Below the pieces are notes generated by a model. It did not search any database. It saw nothing but the letters and a program-made list of their open reading frames with translations, and had not been told where the DNA came from. From the NCBI GenBank assembly GCA_951406725.2, contig OX597822.1, positions 25,482,001 to 25,546,000 on the forward strand: DNA of 64,000 bases. Direction: 5' to 3'. Position numbers and translations under genes: made by a program. Below, piece after piece: positions 14,346 through 28,973 of this stretch (its first letter is position 1; every line of letters begins with the position of its first letter). This DNA comes from Octopus vulgaris. Its lineage: Eukaryota.

Positions 14346-15531
14346 CTTTTGATTAACGGCCTAGAAAACATTTTAAGGGTGGTAATGAAGGATTTGATTC
14401 CTGCATATTCATTTTACCGATATAGAGTTTATGAATGACGAATTCACTAATGCCATTAGAAATGTGAAGTGCTAAAAGGATAGATATATCATCTCCGAAC
14501 GGCTCCCCGGGTCTATTGTCCAATTCTCCTTTATGTTCACCTTTTCCATTTTGTCCCTTACCGATTGAGTTTTATTTCTCGGTACGTCCCCCACCACCAA
14601 GCCTGGTCGTAAATTAAATTTACGCGTCTGGGATTGATGAAATAGGATGTGTTTGAGATTAAATACAAAGATCCATTTCTATATTTCTTATGGAACATAC
14701 AGGCGATGATAAGGCAGACTTCAAAGTCTTTCTTTTTGTTGCGAAAGGAAAATACCTACGTTGAAGAATCACCGTTAGTTTTGTATGAGCTTGTGTGGGG
14801 GATCTTCTTTCTTGTTGCATCTGCAAAGTAGTGGACAACAAATTGCTGAGTCCGTGATATTCCTTTATTGTCTCCTTCCTTCACCTAACCAATTCCAATG
14901 AAGGAAATGGGATAGATAAAATTGCTCCTCGTATAGTATTTGATCTGAAAGAATGAAGAATGAGAAAAATTTAATTTTGGCATGATTTGGTTAGGTGAAG
15001 GAAGGAGACAATAAAGGAATATCACGGACTCAGCAATTTGTTGTCCACTACTTTGCAGATGCAACAAGAAAGAAGATCCCCCACACAAGCTCATACAAAA
15101 CTAACGGTGATTCTTCAACGTAGGTATTTTCCTTTCGCAACAAAAAGAAAGACTTTGAAGTCTGCCTTATCATCGCCTGTATGTTCCATAAGAAATATAG
15201 AAATGGATTTTTGTCTTTAATCTCAAACACATCCTATTTCATCAATCCCAGACGCGTAAATTTAATTTACGACCAGGCTTGGTGGTGGGGGGACGTACCG
15301 AGAAATAAAACTCAATCGGTAAGGGACAAAATGGAAAAGGTGAACATAAAGGAGAATTGGACAATAGACGCGGGGAGCCGTTCGGAGATATGTCTATCCT
15401 TTTAGCACTTCACATTTCTAATGGCATTAGTGAATTCGTCATTCATAAACTCTATATCGGTAAAATGAATATGCAGGAATCAAATCCTTCATTACCACCC
15501 TTAAAATGTTTTCTAGGCCGTTAATCAAAAG
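14346..15531. repeat. Long near-perfect inverted repeat (arms 14346-14892 and 14987-15531; 94-bp spacer)
   Basis: Arms are reverse-complementary with only a few substitutions and indels; mirrored ORFs 14649/15048 and 14659/15038. Confidence 0.92.
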
Positions 15532-15728
15532 TTAGAGAGAAATATTACAAGGCATTTTGCCCGAAGTGCTAACGAATCTAAAACTTGTCACATTGATAAC
15601 TCCATTAATCAGTTCAGCTGAACTTCACCTCTCAGTAGATGTGAATGGTCAGGATATTAATGGTATTTCTTGGTTGATGGCACGTTTTGGTGTTGTGTTT
15701 CTTGTTGATGGTTAGTATCCATATGATT

Positions 15729-16245
15729 AAGGCGGCGAGCTCGCAGAATCGTTAGCACGCCGGGCGAAATGCCTAGCGGTATTTCGTCTGCCGTTACGTT
15801 GTGAGTTCAAATTCTGCCGAGGTCGACTTTGCTTTTCATCCTTTCGGAGTCGATAAATTAAGTACCAGTTACGTACTGGAATTTGAAATCTGAACTGAAT
15901 GAACCGGAAGAAATGCTGCTAAGTATTTTGTTCGACGCTTTAATGGTTTTGCCAGCTTGCTGTCTTTTCTAATAATTCTTGTCAATGTTTGCACAAGGCC
16001 AGCAATTTGAGTGGACGAATATATACATACTCTTTCCCATAATCGGGACAAGGCCTGACATTTTGAGAGAAAGGGATTGTTGATTACATCGATCCCAGTA
16101 CTTGACTGGTAATTTATTTTATCGACTTCGAAAGGATTAAAGACAAAGTCAACCTCGGCGGGATTTGAACTCAAGACGTAAAGAGTCGGAAGAAATGATG
16201 AAAGCATCTTGACCGATGCGGTAACAATTCTGCCAGCTTGCAGCT
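15729..16245. mobile_element. Cluster of family-A SINEs (+ copy 15729-15880; - copies ~15880-15960 and ~15990-16245)
   Basis: GGCGGCGAGCTCGCAGAATCGTTAGC head and reverse-complement copies. Confidence 0.75.
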
Positions 16246-16534
16246 TTAATAATCATAATTAATAACACACGTGGGAATTTTGACTGGCGGTTGCTGGTGC
16301 TGCCACCTGCAGTTGCTTTCGGAGTCAGAGACGGAGAGAAAGAGAGTTTGCTGCGAAATATAAGGAAGGGGGAATTAATAAATCATTCAATTGTTTTTCT
16401 TTCTGCTATTGACATAAGGCCTAAAATATTGTGAGGAGGAGCTGGTCAACCCCCAATGCTCATCTGGTACTTATTTTATCGACTTCCAAAGGAGAAAAGG
16501 AAATTTGAATTATAATAATACTAGTTATGCAGAT

Positions 16535-16685
16535 GTGGAGGCACATGGCCTAGTGGTTACAGCAGCAGGCAGGCGGTCAAGGGATCGCGGGTTCGAATTT
16601 CAGACCAGGCGGTGTGTATGTTTATGAGCGAAACACCTAAGCTCCACGCAGCTCCGGCAGAAGGTAATGGCGAACTTCTGCTGAT
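16535..16685 (+). mobile_element. tRNA-derived SINE (third type), truncated
   Basis: A box TGGCCTAGTGG, B box GGTTCGAATT; head related to 61849. Confidence 0.6.
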
Positions 16686-17003
16686 TTTATGGATTAAAAA
16701 TTAAGAGATTTCATTACTTTTCAATACTATCTAACCTCGGAAACATTGACCAAATTTGGTTAGTAGTTAATTAAAGAAATTAACTTGGGATTAAAAATGC
16801 AGAGAAAAATTAAAACAAAACAAACCAAAACAAGAAAGCTTTCTGAGTGTATAAAGAAACAAATAATAATCAAATAGAAGATTAAAAACAAATATAAAAT
16901 AAACTCAACTATTAGCAATGAAAATGGTGGTCATTTACTCGGTGGGAAAAATGTTCTCTTCATTCGTGTATTTTTTTATATGTTGTAACTGTTGTTGTTG
17001 TTA

Positions 17004-17086
<83 letters not shown>

Positions 17087-19084
17087 TTGTTTTCCACTAA
17101 ATCTTTTATTTGGATGAACTGTAGAGAATTTAGTAGATACATTAGCTTGTATTGGACTTATTTTCCCAAGCCACTTAATTCCAATGGTAAAAATTAGCGA
17201 CTGTTCTGATCCAGGTGTCGTCTGTATGTGTGTTTTCTCGACGTTTAAAAGTGAAATAAAATAAAGAAAGAGGATAAAGAAAATAAAAACATGTCGGACA
17301 AATAACCATCTATTTGTCTATCTAACCTTTGCATATATCTATTTACATTTTCTTTTTGCCATAGAAATAAAATAAAATAAAATAAAATAAAATAAGATAA
17401 AATAAAATACGAGTTTATTGATTTAGTAACGGGACTGTATTCTGAATATTTCTTGACACTATTTTTTTTTACTTCCTTTTTTCGTTTTCGTCTTTTAATT
17501 TTCAATCACTCCAACACGACACGCAGCAACGCTACCCCCCCCCCCCATCACCACCACCACCGATATCAATATCATGATCAATGTCACCATCAGCAGCACT
17601 ATCACGACCACCAACATTATGACCGTCGCCATCATCACCACCTTCACCAGCACTATGGTATTAACCAGTATTATTGTCATCACTATCGTCATCATCAATA
17701 CTATCGTTATTACCAGTAAAGAGCCAACCGACCAGACTATTTTGAACCTTCATGTATTTACTCGACTTGCAACAAATAACAGTCAATTAATCATCTTTCG
17801 ATCCTTACACATACTACACTATTGTCAGGCTTCCACGTGGTCCCTCTACCGGTTAGAAATGGCTGCCAGCTGTCCCTCGTATCACACTCTATTGTCTTAA
17901 TTGAAACAGGCGTGTTAGATAACGTGGTGCTAAGTTCCCTGTACATAGAGGAAAGTTGTGATGGCCACAGCGGGAATACTTTCAATCATGGATCTCCTCA
18001 ATTCAGGTTTGATTTGGGCGAAACAAAAACAACAACAGCAGCATAACGACAAACACGACAACAGCGATAACAACAACAATAAATAACAACCATTACGATT
18101 GGGTTTATACATCTGAATAACTGAACCTATGTAAAAAGAACATATAAACAAGGCTGTCACATAACTGTGTGGTTAGGAAAACGCAAAGGTGAAACCCGCA
18201 GTAAATACACAAACCATACGTCTATAACACTACATGAATCTCATGCACACTACCTAAGAATGGATGATGAACACTTGTTTACAAAATTAAGAATGCAAAT
18301 AAGCAAAACGTATACATTACACGTAACCTTATCATAACAATATAATCATAAGAATTAAAATACTTTTCGTTAACATGAAAACTTCAAACTTGTGAACTAC
18401 AAAACGTAGCCCAGACAACAAATGTAACTATGTATAATAACTATGTATAGTTTAATGTAAATATAGAAATTCTGAACTTCATGATTTAAAAAGCTGTTAC
18501 AGCAGACATAGAAACACGGCACTGTTTCGTTGCTCGACTATGCATTTAGAACAAGAATCCAGTACAACACATTATAATACAGTACACGAAATATAACTAG
18601 ATGAAAAAAAGGAACATTAGCTCATTGCTCTATCATCTGCTAAAGAATTCTATATTCCATTGAATTCATTTATTTCATTTCATTGAATTCTAAGATAGAG
18701 ATTAATTGTAAAATCTCTGTTAAAAAATGAGATAACCAAACGAGCCCATAGCCGTTAGTCGACCATGACTTGGTACATGACATGAAGAACCTTACTTAAT
18801 GATATAATGCACCGCCCGGTGACCGTAAACCCAATATCTCAGCCACTAATTCACGTGCCTAGTGGCCAGGATCTAGGGCTCACGATGATAGCAAAATACA
18901 AACAAAACAAATTATGTAATTTTAAAGGAGGTAACAATCCGGCGTTGACAATTTTATTAATTATAACATTCTTCCAAGAATGCTTTGTGACCTAATGCAA
19001 AGCGCACGAGACATTACTATGATCATTTTATTCATGTGATGATGTATGTACGGACATATATATGTCTATACTTTATATAAATAT

Positions 19085-19244
19085 AGGAGTAGCTGTGTGG
19101 TAAGTAGCTTGCGTATCAACCACATGGTCCCGGGTTCAGTCCCACTGCGTGGCACCTTGGGCAAATGTCTTCTACTATAGCCTCGGGCCGACCAAAACCT
19201 TATGAGTGGATTTGGTAGACGGAAACTGGAAGAAACCCGTCGTA

Positions 19245-19309
<65 letters not shown>

Positions 19310-19555
19310 TGTATGTGTGTGTGTGTGTGTGTGTATGTATATGTGTGTGTATATGTTTGTGTGTCTGTTTATCCCCCCAGCATCGCTTGACAATCGATGC
19401 TGGTGTGTTTACGTCCCCGTAACATAGCAGTTCGGCAAAAGGGACCGATAGCATAAGTACTAGGCTTCCAAAGAATAAGTCCTGGGATCGACTAAAGGCG
19501 GTGCTCCAGCATGGCCGCAGTCAAATGACTGAAACAAATAAAAGAATAAAAGAGT
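19085..19555 (+). mobile_element. tRNA-derived SINE family B, near full length
   Basis: AGGAGTAGCTGTGTGGTAAGTAGCTTG...GGGTTCAGTCCC head, internal microsatellite, 3' AAATGACTGAAACAAATAAAAGAATAAAA. Confidence 0.85.
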
Positions 19556-20314
19556 ATATCTTTAGTAGTTGCATATTTTCGCTGAGTGACATTTTCCCCA
19601 AATATGTTTTACGTTCCTTCTAGACTTTGTTATCATTGTTCTTTATATTTCGAAAGCCAAGGATCCTAGCCTGCTTTCACCTATTTTATGCTCTCACCTT
19701 GATCTCTGTGATACAAATTTACCTTTATTTACCTTTTCTACTCTGTCTCTTTCTCCCTCTCCCTCTTGCCCTTTTCTGTCTTTCTGCATACCCCTTTCTT
19801 TCACTTCGTCCTTTGCTCTCCTTTCTTTCTCTCTATATGCCTCTTTGTATTGCCCTGTAACTCCCTTTTTCATCTTCCTTCTCTGACTCCCCCCTCTCTC
19901 TCTCTCTCCTCTCTCCTCTCTTTCTTGAACTGCACCCTCTACTTTCACTATTCTAACATTTTTCTTTCTTGATCCCGAGTCGTTTCATTCTCTTTACACC
20001 AGATTCATTCCTCTAAACCATTAAACTAACACAGGCTTTCTACCCTCCCACCACCACCACCACCTCTTCCTTAGTCTTTGTCTTTACATCATCCACCTCA
20101 CAAACACACACACACACACACAAATACGTCATCATTAACACAACGACAACGACTATGGACACGACTACCACCTTCACGATAATCACGACGACTATTACCA
20201 CCATCACCACCATCACCTCATCATTTAATAACCGCATGACTCCTCTCTCCTTTGTCCCAGTGTCTTCTTCCCTCCCCCCTCTCCTTACCTCTCGCTTTGT
20301 CTGTATTCTATCTG

Positions 20315-20351
<37 letters not shown>

Positions 20352-20490
20352 TTCTCTCCCTCTCGCTATCATCAACCTCTTCAACTCCCTACTTTAAAAT
20401 CTTTCAAATGCAACCTCCACCTCGACCCCTTCTTTCAACACTATTTATTGATTTATTTATTAATTTTTTTCTTCTCTAATTTAAAAAAAA

Positions 20491-20557
<67 letters not shown>

Positions 20558-20772
20558 TGTGTGTCTCTGTGTCTGTGCATGTGTGTGTCTCTGTCTCGGT
20601 CCAGGTCTTTGCTTTGCCACCTTTGTGAATTCCAAACAACAAGCACTTCGCCTTCTTCACACCATATTTACAAGAATTTTATCTACTATTTGCATGAAAG
20701 TGAGAACAATGAGCTTGACACATGATGCCACAAAACAAACATCAGACCCTCCCCAGAAAATTGTGTGTGAGT

Positions 20773-20804
<32 letters not shown>

Positions 20805-21444
20805 GAGAAACAAGAAGAGATAAAGAGAGATAGAAAGGAAGAGAGAGAGAGAGGCAGTCAGAAAGGGAAGGGGCATGTAACTCTAGTTGCGTTGATTACT
20901 TTTGTAGTGCTTGGTTGTGGCAGTGATGTGTTTGGCTATTGAAGTTGCTGTGACGGCTGGATAATTGAGGAGGTGGGTGGCGGTCGAACGGCTAGTCGTG
21001 TTAGGAGTTAGGGTTAGGAGTTGGGAAATGGAGGTTTGATAGTAGAAGGTGATCGAGGATGGTGTTTGTGGGTGGGAGAGTGGGTGGGTGGCAGCGTTGT
21101 TGAGGAGCATAAATAAACTTTCTAGCCCATCTCACCTCACCCCAAAGGTAAATTTCTAGTTGCTGCCTTTAAGTCTGTCGGTACCATTCTGTGGCAAATC
21201 CCTGTGGCAGGTAACACAGAGTACACATCGAAGACACGCACGCATTACACACACAAACACACAATCACATACGCAAACGCACACGTGCTCCTACAGTGAA
21301 ATATATTCGTGCACATATACACATATGTAAACATGTACAACTTAATTTTATAGAGCATAGCATATGTACATACACATACATACATATATACATACATACA
21401 TGCAGACACGCACACATACTCAAAAAATATATACAAACACTCAT

Positions 21445-21482
<38 letters not shown>

Positions 21483-21616
21483 GCACGTATGTTTACATAC
21501 ACACACATGTACACACACATACATACACACATATAGACATACACAATCAAACCGAAGTTGATAAAATACTGCCCGTAAATTGAACGCGCGCGCGTATGTG
21601 TCGGGTGGATGTGTCT

Positions 21617-21832
21617 TGAGGTGGCGAACTGGCAGAATCGTTAGCGCGCCGGGCAAAATGCTCAGAGGCATTTCGTCCGTCCTCAGATTCTGAGCTCAAA
21701 TTCCGCCGAGGTCGACATTGCTTTGCATTATTTTGGGGGCGATAAAATAAGTACCAGTTGAGTAATGGATCGATGCAATCAGCTTTCTCCCTCTACTAAA
21801 ACTGCTTGTCTTGCGCCAAAATTTGAAACTAG
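21617..21832 (+). mobile_element. tRNA-derived SINE family A
   Basis: GGTGGCGAACTGGCAGAATCGTTAGC head and family body. Confidence 0.8.
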
Positions 21833-21878
21833 TATACATGTTTGTATGTATATGTTTACACACACACACAACACACAC

Positions 21879-21925
<47 letters not shown>

Positions 21926-21976
21926 CATATATATATATGTATATATATATGTGCATGTGCGTGTATGTATGCATGC

Positions 21977-22026
<50 letters not shown>

Positions 22027-22429
22027 ATGTATATGTAAAAAAAATACAAACTGGGACAAGAACGTAAAACATTTAGAAGACGATACAAAAAACAATCTTC
22101 AGTCAAGAACCGGATCATCCTCGCAATTTCGGCTGATTAATCTTGAGATCGCTCCGATCCGGCCAGCCCCAAGGAAAAACTAAGTTACGAGCATTAGATT
22201 TCTTGGAAAAAGGATCGAATGTATACGAAACAAGGACAGAAAAACGGACGATGCCACACGAATATCAATACAAAAAACAATAATTGTAATAACAGGACAA
22301 AAACAGCGGGTGTCTTACGACTATAGACAGTACAACTTAGCTTAGCTGGCGTATTTGGAAAAAAATGCCTTTTTCGGCAGACGAAGAAAACGATGTTACT
22401 CGTGGCTGAGTAAAAAGTAAGCAAAGTTT

Positions 22430-23320
22430 TGAAACAGGAAATTCATTACAATATATTTCAACAATGCAGAAATTTTTTTACATCAAAGCAAGTACTATTA
22501 CAATCAACACATTTTTGCCAACTAGTTATAACAAGTTTGTTTATTCTAGTAACATAAAAATCTGGAGTTCTGGAACTGATGAACTCTTGGAACGCACTTT
22601 CAACATCGGTTTAATTTTTGAAATTCTCTCGCAGAAAGCCATCAAGGCGTTTGAAAAAGTGATAGTCGGTAGGAGAAATGTCTGGGGAATAAGCTGGAGG
22701 AGTAACAGTTTTCGTTCATTTTGGCAATTTCATGGCAATATGTTTCTGCAGTAATGGTTTACCCGGGTTTTAAGGAGTTATATTGGGTGAGTCCAGCAGT
22801 ACACCACCAAACAGTCACCATAACCTTCTTTTTAAAGAGCTCGGTTTAGGGAATGTTTTTGGTGCTTCATTTTGGTGCAACCACTGCGAAGGACTTTTTT
22901 TTTTTGTAGAGAAAAAGCGACGAGCAAATTTCAAATCTGCACATTTCTGATTTTCATTCAAATCGTCTGGTTTGCCAAGCCTTTTTGATTTTGTGATCGC
23001 ATGCAAATGGTTCCAGGCAGCTTTCTGGCTAACTTGAAGTTCTTTTGCCAGTTCTCGAGCGGTTTTACATGGACTGTTTTCAATGACGGTCTTTAATTGA
23101 CCGTCATTGATGACAGATGGGCGTCCACTACGCTCACGATCTTCAAGGTTCAGGTCTCCATTGTAAAATCGTTTAAACCATTTTCGAGCTGACCATTCAC
23201 CGGTCATTACCTCATCACACGTTTTGTTGATATCGCGAGCAGTTTCAGCTGCTTTACGTTCTTTTTTGAAGTTGAATAGCAAAATTGCTCGAATATCGCA
23301 CTTGATAGTTACATTTCAGA
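22430..23320 (-). pseudogene. Degraded mariner (Mos1/SETMAR-like) transposase
   Basis: ORF 22815-23282 has the HTH AAETARDIN...WFKRFYNGDLNLEDRERSGRP; minus strand near 22700-22660 reads PPAYSPDISPTDY (YSPDL-like motif); frameshifts and deletions. Confidence 0.85.
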
Positions 23321-23544
23321 TGATTGTAGCAATGGTGAAAAAAACATCAATGTTAATTTATTGATGCATTTGTGCAAGTCTATGTCTGTATTATCAGGCA
23401 ATTTCAAAAAAATTTCAATTTCAAAAAAAGGCAATTTCAAAACAATTCTTCGGTTGTTTTTTCTGAATTTAATTTAAACGAATTTAAAACCTACGGTCTT
23501 TGGATTGTTTTAATAATGATTTCAAATAATAATGGAACATGAGA

Positions 23545-23720
23545 ATTTAGGGGAGAGGTAAGTCGATTAAATCCAGTGTTCAACTGGTACTTCTTTTATT
23601 GACCCCGAAAGGATGAAAGGTAAAGTCGATCTCGGTGGAATTTGAAGTCAGAGGGTAGCGGCAGACGACATTCTTCTAAGCATTTCACCCGGCGTGCTAA
23701 CGATTCTGCCAGCTCACCGT
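23545..23720 (-). mobile_element. tRNA-derived SINE family A
   Basis: Reverse complement of the family-A head and body. Confidence 0.75.
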
Positions 23721-26700
23721 CATGGATTGTATGAATAATAATTACCTAGACTAAAGTTGAGGTGAAGAGAGAAATAATGTTTGAAGAGATGGTATCCCAG
23801 AATGTTACAAGTCTGGGAAAGAAGGATTATGTTAGCTGCTTAATTCGTAGATGAAATATAGTTGAGACACCTTAGCTTATAGTCAAACTTAATTGGGCAA
23901 ATTAATATTTAATCAAATCCATTCCAACCATGGTCATAGTGCCTTTTCTTCAATTACATTATCAAATGCGTTTTTCCTTATTTAAAACGGTAAGATTTTG
24001 CTTGAGAGAAATGCTTGGCCACTATTTCTAGCACGTCAAGAAACGACGTAGAGACTACTTCGTTGGTTCGAGGTACATTGGGTGAGTTTATTACTCAATA
24101 GATTCTGCTCAGTCCATTTGCAATGTGGAAACTTCTCATTTACAATCTGACATAAAAGACTCTACCTCATGATCTAAATGCTGTTAAACGAGGGTATGGA
24201 GTTATAAATACAATATGGTTTCATGACTGTGTTACAGAGAAGTTAAATCCTAGTTTTTTATGACGTGATTTTGTTAATAATCATTATTATTTCTGTGTTT
24301 AAGTGGCTGTATGGCATGCATTTATGAAGGAGAATATAATCACCCGGATCAAAATTTTCGATGTTTATCACAGACAGATGAAAGACAAAGTCGATCATAA
24401 TTGGAGAAGAGGTTACTAAATAGAGATTAGAAGAGTCTTGAAGAAAACGCGTGAAGGCCAGTGCGCGAACGAGAGAGCACTTAGTGATCGCTTGACCTAC
24501 TGCAAGTAGCAACCAACCACATTTCCATCAAGTTCCAACCCCACCATCCCCGTATTTCAAAAGAGATTGAATAGTGTAGTCCAAGGTATGTAATGACCGC
24601 GAGAAGGCTGGGTTGAGCAGAGCTGGAATATTTTCAATGATAGGTCTGCTCAGTGAGGGTTGACATGAAGATAACAAGCACACCGTCACGACTCTTCTAC
24701 AGATAATAATGGCTCTTTATCTGACGCTGAACGCGTACGTAGAATTGTTTGCCTTAGTAAATGCGAATCCAAAATCTGTTCGATGAGACCCAGATATTGT
24801 AGAGGAACAAAGTGAGAACAATAGGGGCGTGATTTTTTTTATTTCAAGCATTTTATACGAGGTTCTTTCCTCTGCTCCTTGCGAACAGCTTTCAGCAATG
24901 ACAAATTGGAAACGACTAACAGTAAAAATATCTTGCTTCCACAATTTTCCATGGCTCTCAGCAGAAGAGATGAAGTAGAGTAATTACCTGTAACGTTATC
25001 TGAAATACGGAAGGAAGCTAGATAATATAATCATATCAACTCTGTTTGAAAATACTGGATTTGTCTTTGCTATTGATTTAGGTGACGTGTTCTGCAATGA
25101 AGAGAAGACTAAGAGAATTTCCTGAAGTGCTAACCCAATATCACAGAACTATAATAAATATAAGATATGCGATTATCTTAGCCAGTTCAGTGAGTCTGTT
25201 AAATGAACTTAAGACTTTACCTAAGATGTCTTTTGTCCATTATTGTGACATCAAACCCTTGCGAGTATATGTGGCTCTGGGAATTTCTAAGCAAGGTAAC
25301 TTTCCATCACAGTGGATATTGGGTGCATATGATTGTTATGGTATAAATATGACTCAGTTATCTGATCGTGTTTTAATACATTTAAGTCAGGCGAAGTCGT
25401 CGTTCATTAGACTTGATCATCCATATATGCTCAGAGTGTTTAAATATAACTGGATTTTATTCTGTTTTTGGAGCGAAATCACAGCATTGCATCGCTGATC
25501 AGTATCAGTCAGTGTCAACATTAAATATCATCCATGGAAAGCTATTTTATAATCACACGCTCTGGTTGCCTACAGTGCCATCTCTCGTCGCTTCTATACA
25601 TTCTTGCGAAGGGGAGTAAACTCATTCCATCTTTAACACAAGACAGTAATGTCTGCCAACATGGACGATGGCACCATGATGGTATCAGATATTTCGGGAA
25701 TTCGGAAGTATGTAGCAAAGTGGAGAAATATAAGGTAATTACAGGAAGAAACAAGAATTAAAAACAGAACAAGGTGGCCTACAATTCGGCAACTAAAGAA
25801 GTGGATCCATGTTGGTCAGTGATTACCGCTGACCGATGGACAGATTAAAGTACCTGCAGTCTGTTTCTCTCCAGATTACTAACTGGGTTGGAAATGGGAC
25901 AAAGCGATCAAGCTAATCTAAGAATATACCTAGAGGAAGTTATCCCTGAAAGGTTGGAAGGATTTGGCAAATACATCGTTTATACGATGTACTATCGCCC
26001 AAACACTATGTCTGTTCCAACAAATGTAAGATCGGGCTGGGGCGTCTTTTCTTTCGCTCCTTGAGGTTGGGAGGTCACCAATAGTAGCACTGTCTCTGTA
26101 CTGGCGTGGGGCGAATCAATAAAAATAACGATATTCATAAATAGAGTATACCTGACAAAAAAAAAAAAAAACTGAAAGAAATACTGGTTAGTCACTGCTT
26201 AAAATGTTTTTTGATCATAGGTCTTCTAGATCAAGGCTGAACTAGGGTTAAACAAAAACGGTCACAGCACCAACGACAACAACAACGGCAATTGCTAAAA
26301 ACGGACAATATAGGTAGAGCTCAGCGTAAGTGTATACAAGATGTGAAAGCAGAATCTCAAAGTTCTTTTATTTGGCCATCGTGCGTAATTTCATTTTGAT
26401 GGCGAGTATTACATTCAATGTCTGTAGGTTAAGTGACATCCGATCGCCTAAAACCAATAGAGCCGACTGTGCTTGTCGTATAAACGACAGCGGACATACA
26501 AAGTTTGACGGGGCTCTTCGACAGAAGGGGTGGGCAATATGCGGTGGTGGTGGTGGTAGTGGTGGTGGTGGTGGTGGTTGTGGTGGGGGGTTATGTGACG
26601 GGGCAATGTGTCCGGCTTAAAATCAAACGAACAAAGCGAAAAACCTATTGTTTGTACACGGATGTGATTCTATATATGTTGTGCGTCTGTATATCTCAAC

Positions 26701-27567
26701 GTTTCAGTGTCTATACATCTTTATATCTTGATGTGTATGTATGTAAGTATGTGTGTATGTATGTATGTATGTATGTATGTATGTATGTTCGTATGTATGT
26801 GTGTATGTGTGTATGTATGAACGAATGTACTTATATGTGCATCCATGCATGTACGTATATAAAAGTGTACGTCTGCATGTATGTTTATATGTATGTGAGT
26901 ATCTATGAACACATTCATATACTCACTCATAATCATACACACACACATCTAATATATGTGCATTTTGTGTGTGTGTGTGCGTGTGTGTGTGTATGTGTGT
27001 GTGTGTGCGTTCGTGTCTGTTTTAGCATATATAAAGCACGTCTGTATAAACTTGTTTACGGCTCATCGCCTTAAGTACCGTAGCGTGTACTTAGCACTCT
27101 CCCTCTCTTTTTCTCTATACCGCATTCTATCCTTGAGTGTGTATATGTGTGTTTCTGTGTGTGTGTGTGTGTGTGTGTGTATACACACACATGTGCATAC
27201 ATATATAAATATATATTTATAAAAATATGTATATAAACATATACATATATATAGCCATACACATATATGCATATATGTCTATATATATAACCATATACAT
27301 ACACGCACATGCAAACTCGCATTGCATGCATACATAAATGTGCGCATGCCATTTGAGTTCCATTATTGAAATTTTGAATTTGTTTTTATACAAAACTAAA
27401 TTAAGAAAAAAAAAACAATTACTTCAAAGTACGCACGCACACGCCCATATATATATATATATATATATATATCAACTGTACAGGGAGAAGAAGAAGAAGA
27501 ATCGAAACGAAACGGAAAGAATCGAATCGAATCGACGCGAAGGCGCTCAGTCATACAATATTACACT

Positions 27568-27598
<31 letters not shown>

Positions 27599-27599
27599 C

Positions 27600-27981
27600 T
27601 TTATTGCTCACAGGGAGCTAAACATAGTACGGACAAACAAAGGCAGACAAAAGGATTATCTGGTACTTATTTAATCGACCCCGAAAGAATGAAAGGCAAA
27701 GTGGACCTCGACGGAATTTGAACTCAGAACGTAACGGCAGACGAAATACCTATTTCTTTACTATCCACAAGCAACCAAACACAGAGAGGACAAACAAGGA
27801 CAGACAAACGGATTAAGTCGATTATAACGACCTCAGTGCGTAACTGGTACTTATTTAATCGACCCCGAAAGGATGAAAGGCAAAGTCGACCTCGGCGGAA
27901 TTTGAACTCAACGTAACGGCAGACGAAATACGGCTACGCATTTCGCCCGGCGTGCTAACGTTTCTGCCAGCTCACCGCCTT
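27600..27981 (-). mobile_element. Two nested family-A SINEs, both with Tx1-type tails
   Basis: Junction at 27750/27751 (minus strand TAAAGAAATA|GGTATTTCGTCTG); outer tail ends GCTCCCTGTGAGCAATAA next to (TA)n. Confidence 0.75.
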
Positions 27982-28173
27982 GAATATGTTTCCTACTACA
28001 GGCACAAGGCCTGAAATTTGTGAGAAGGGGACTAGTTGATTGTACCCGAAAGATTGAAAGACAAAGTCGACCTCGGTTGGAATTTGAACTCAGAACGTAG
28101 CGACGGGCGAAATACCGCTAAGCATCTCGTCCAGAGAGCTAACGATTCTGCCAGCTCGCCGCCCTCACACACG

Positions 28174-28236
<63 letters not shown>

Positions 28237-28406
28237 GTATATGTATATGTATATATATATATTTACACACAAACACACACACACATATATATGTATGTAT
28301 GTATATATATATATATGTATATATATATATGTATGTATGTATATGTATATGTATATGTATATATATATATATACATACATATATATATACATACATACAT
28401 ATATAT

Positions 28407-28475
<69 letters not shown>

Positions 28476-28921
28476 CACGCACACACACACACGCATATAT
28501 ATATATAACGCAATAAAAGGTTGCCATATACGCGCATATAAACTCCGGATCCCAATCCATTTAAAATCCTTTATCTTCTACAATTATGTGTAGTATATCT
28601 GTATGTCTTCTTATGGGTAAGCTCTTTTAACTAGAGGCTCAAGCCCTGAAATGTTGTGGAAAGGGGTCTAGTCATTTTACATTGACTCCAGTACTCGACT
28701 GGAACTAATTTTATCGAAACCTAATAGATAAACAGATGAAGCCGACCCGGGCGGAATTTGAACTCAAGAGGTAAATCCGAAAGAAAATGCCTCGGTAAAG
28801 TTTCCGTCAACTCGCTGCTTTATGGCTTATCATAGATAATAAAATAACAACACACGTTGTGTAGCTTAATCGGCAATTAATACTTACACACACACACACA
28901 CACACACACACACGTATGCAC

Positions 28922-28973
<52 letters not shown>

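Noticed and set aside
14649-15230. Paired 60-aa ORFs
   Set aside because: They are mirror products of the palindrome, with no protein motif.
21001-21018. TTAGGG-like sequence suggesting a telomeric (HeT-A-like) role for the array
   Set aside because: Only about 2-3 imperfect units, far from the array, which is interstitial with ordinary sequence on both sides.
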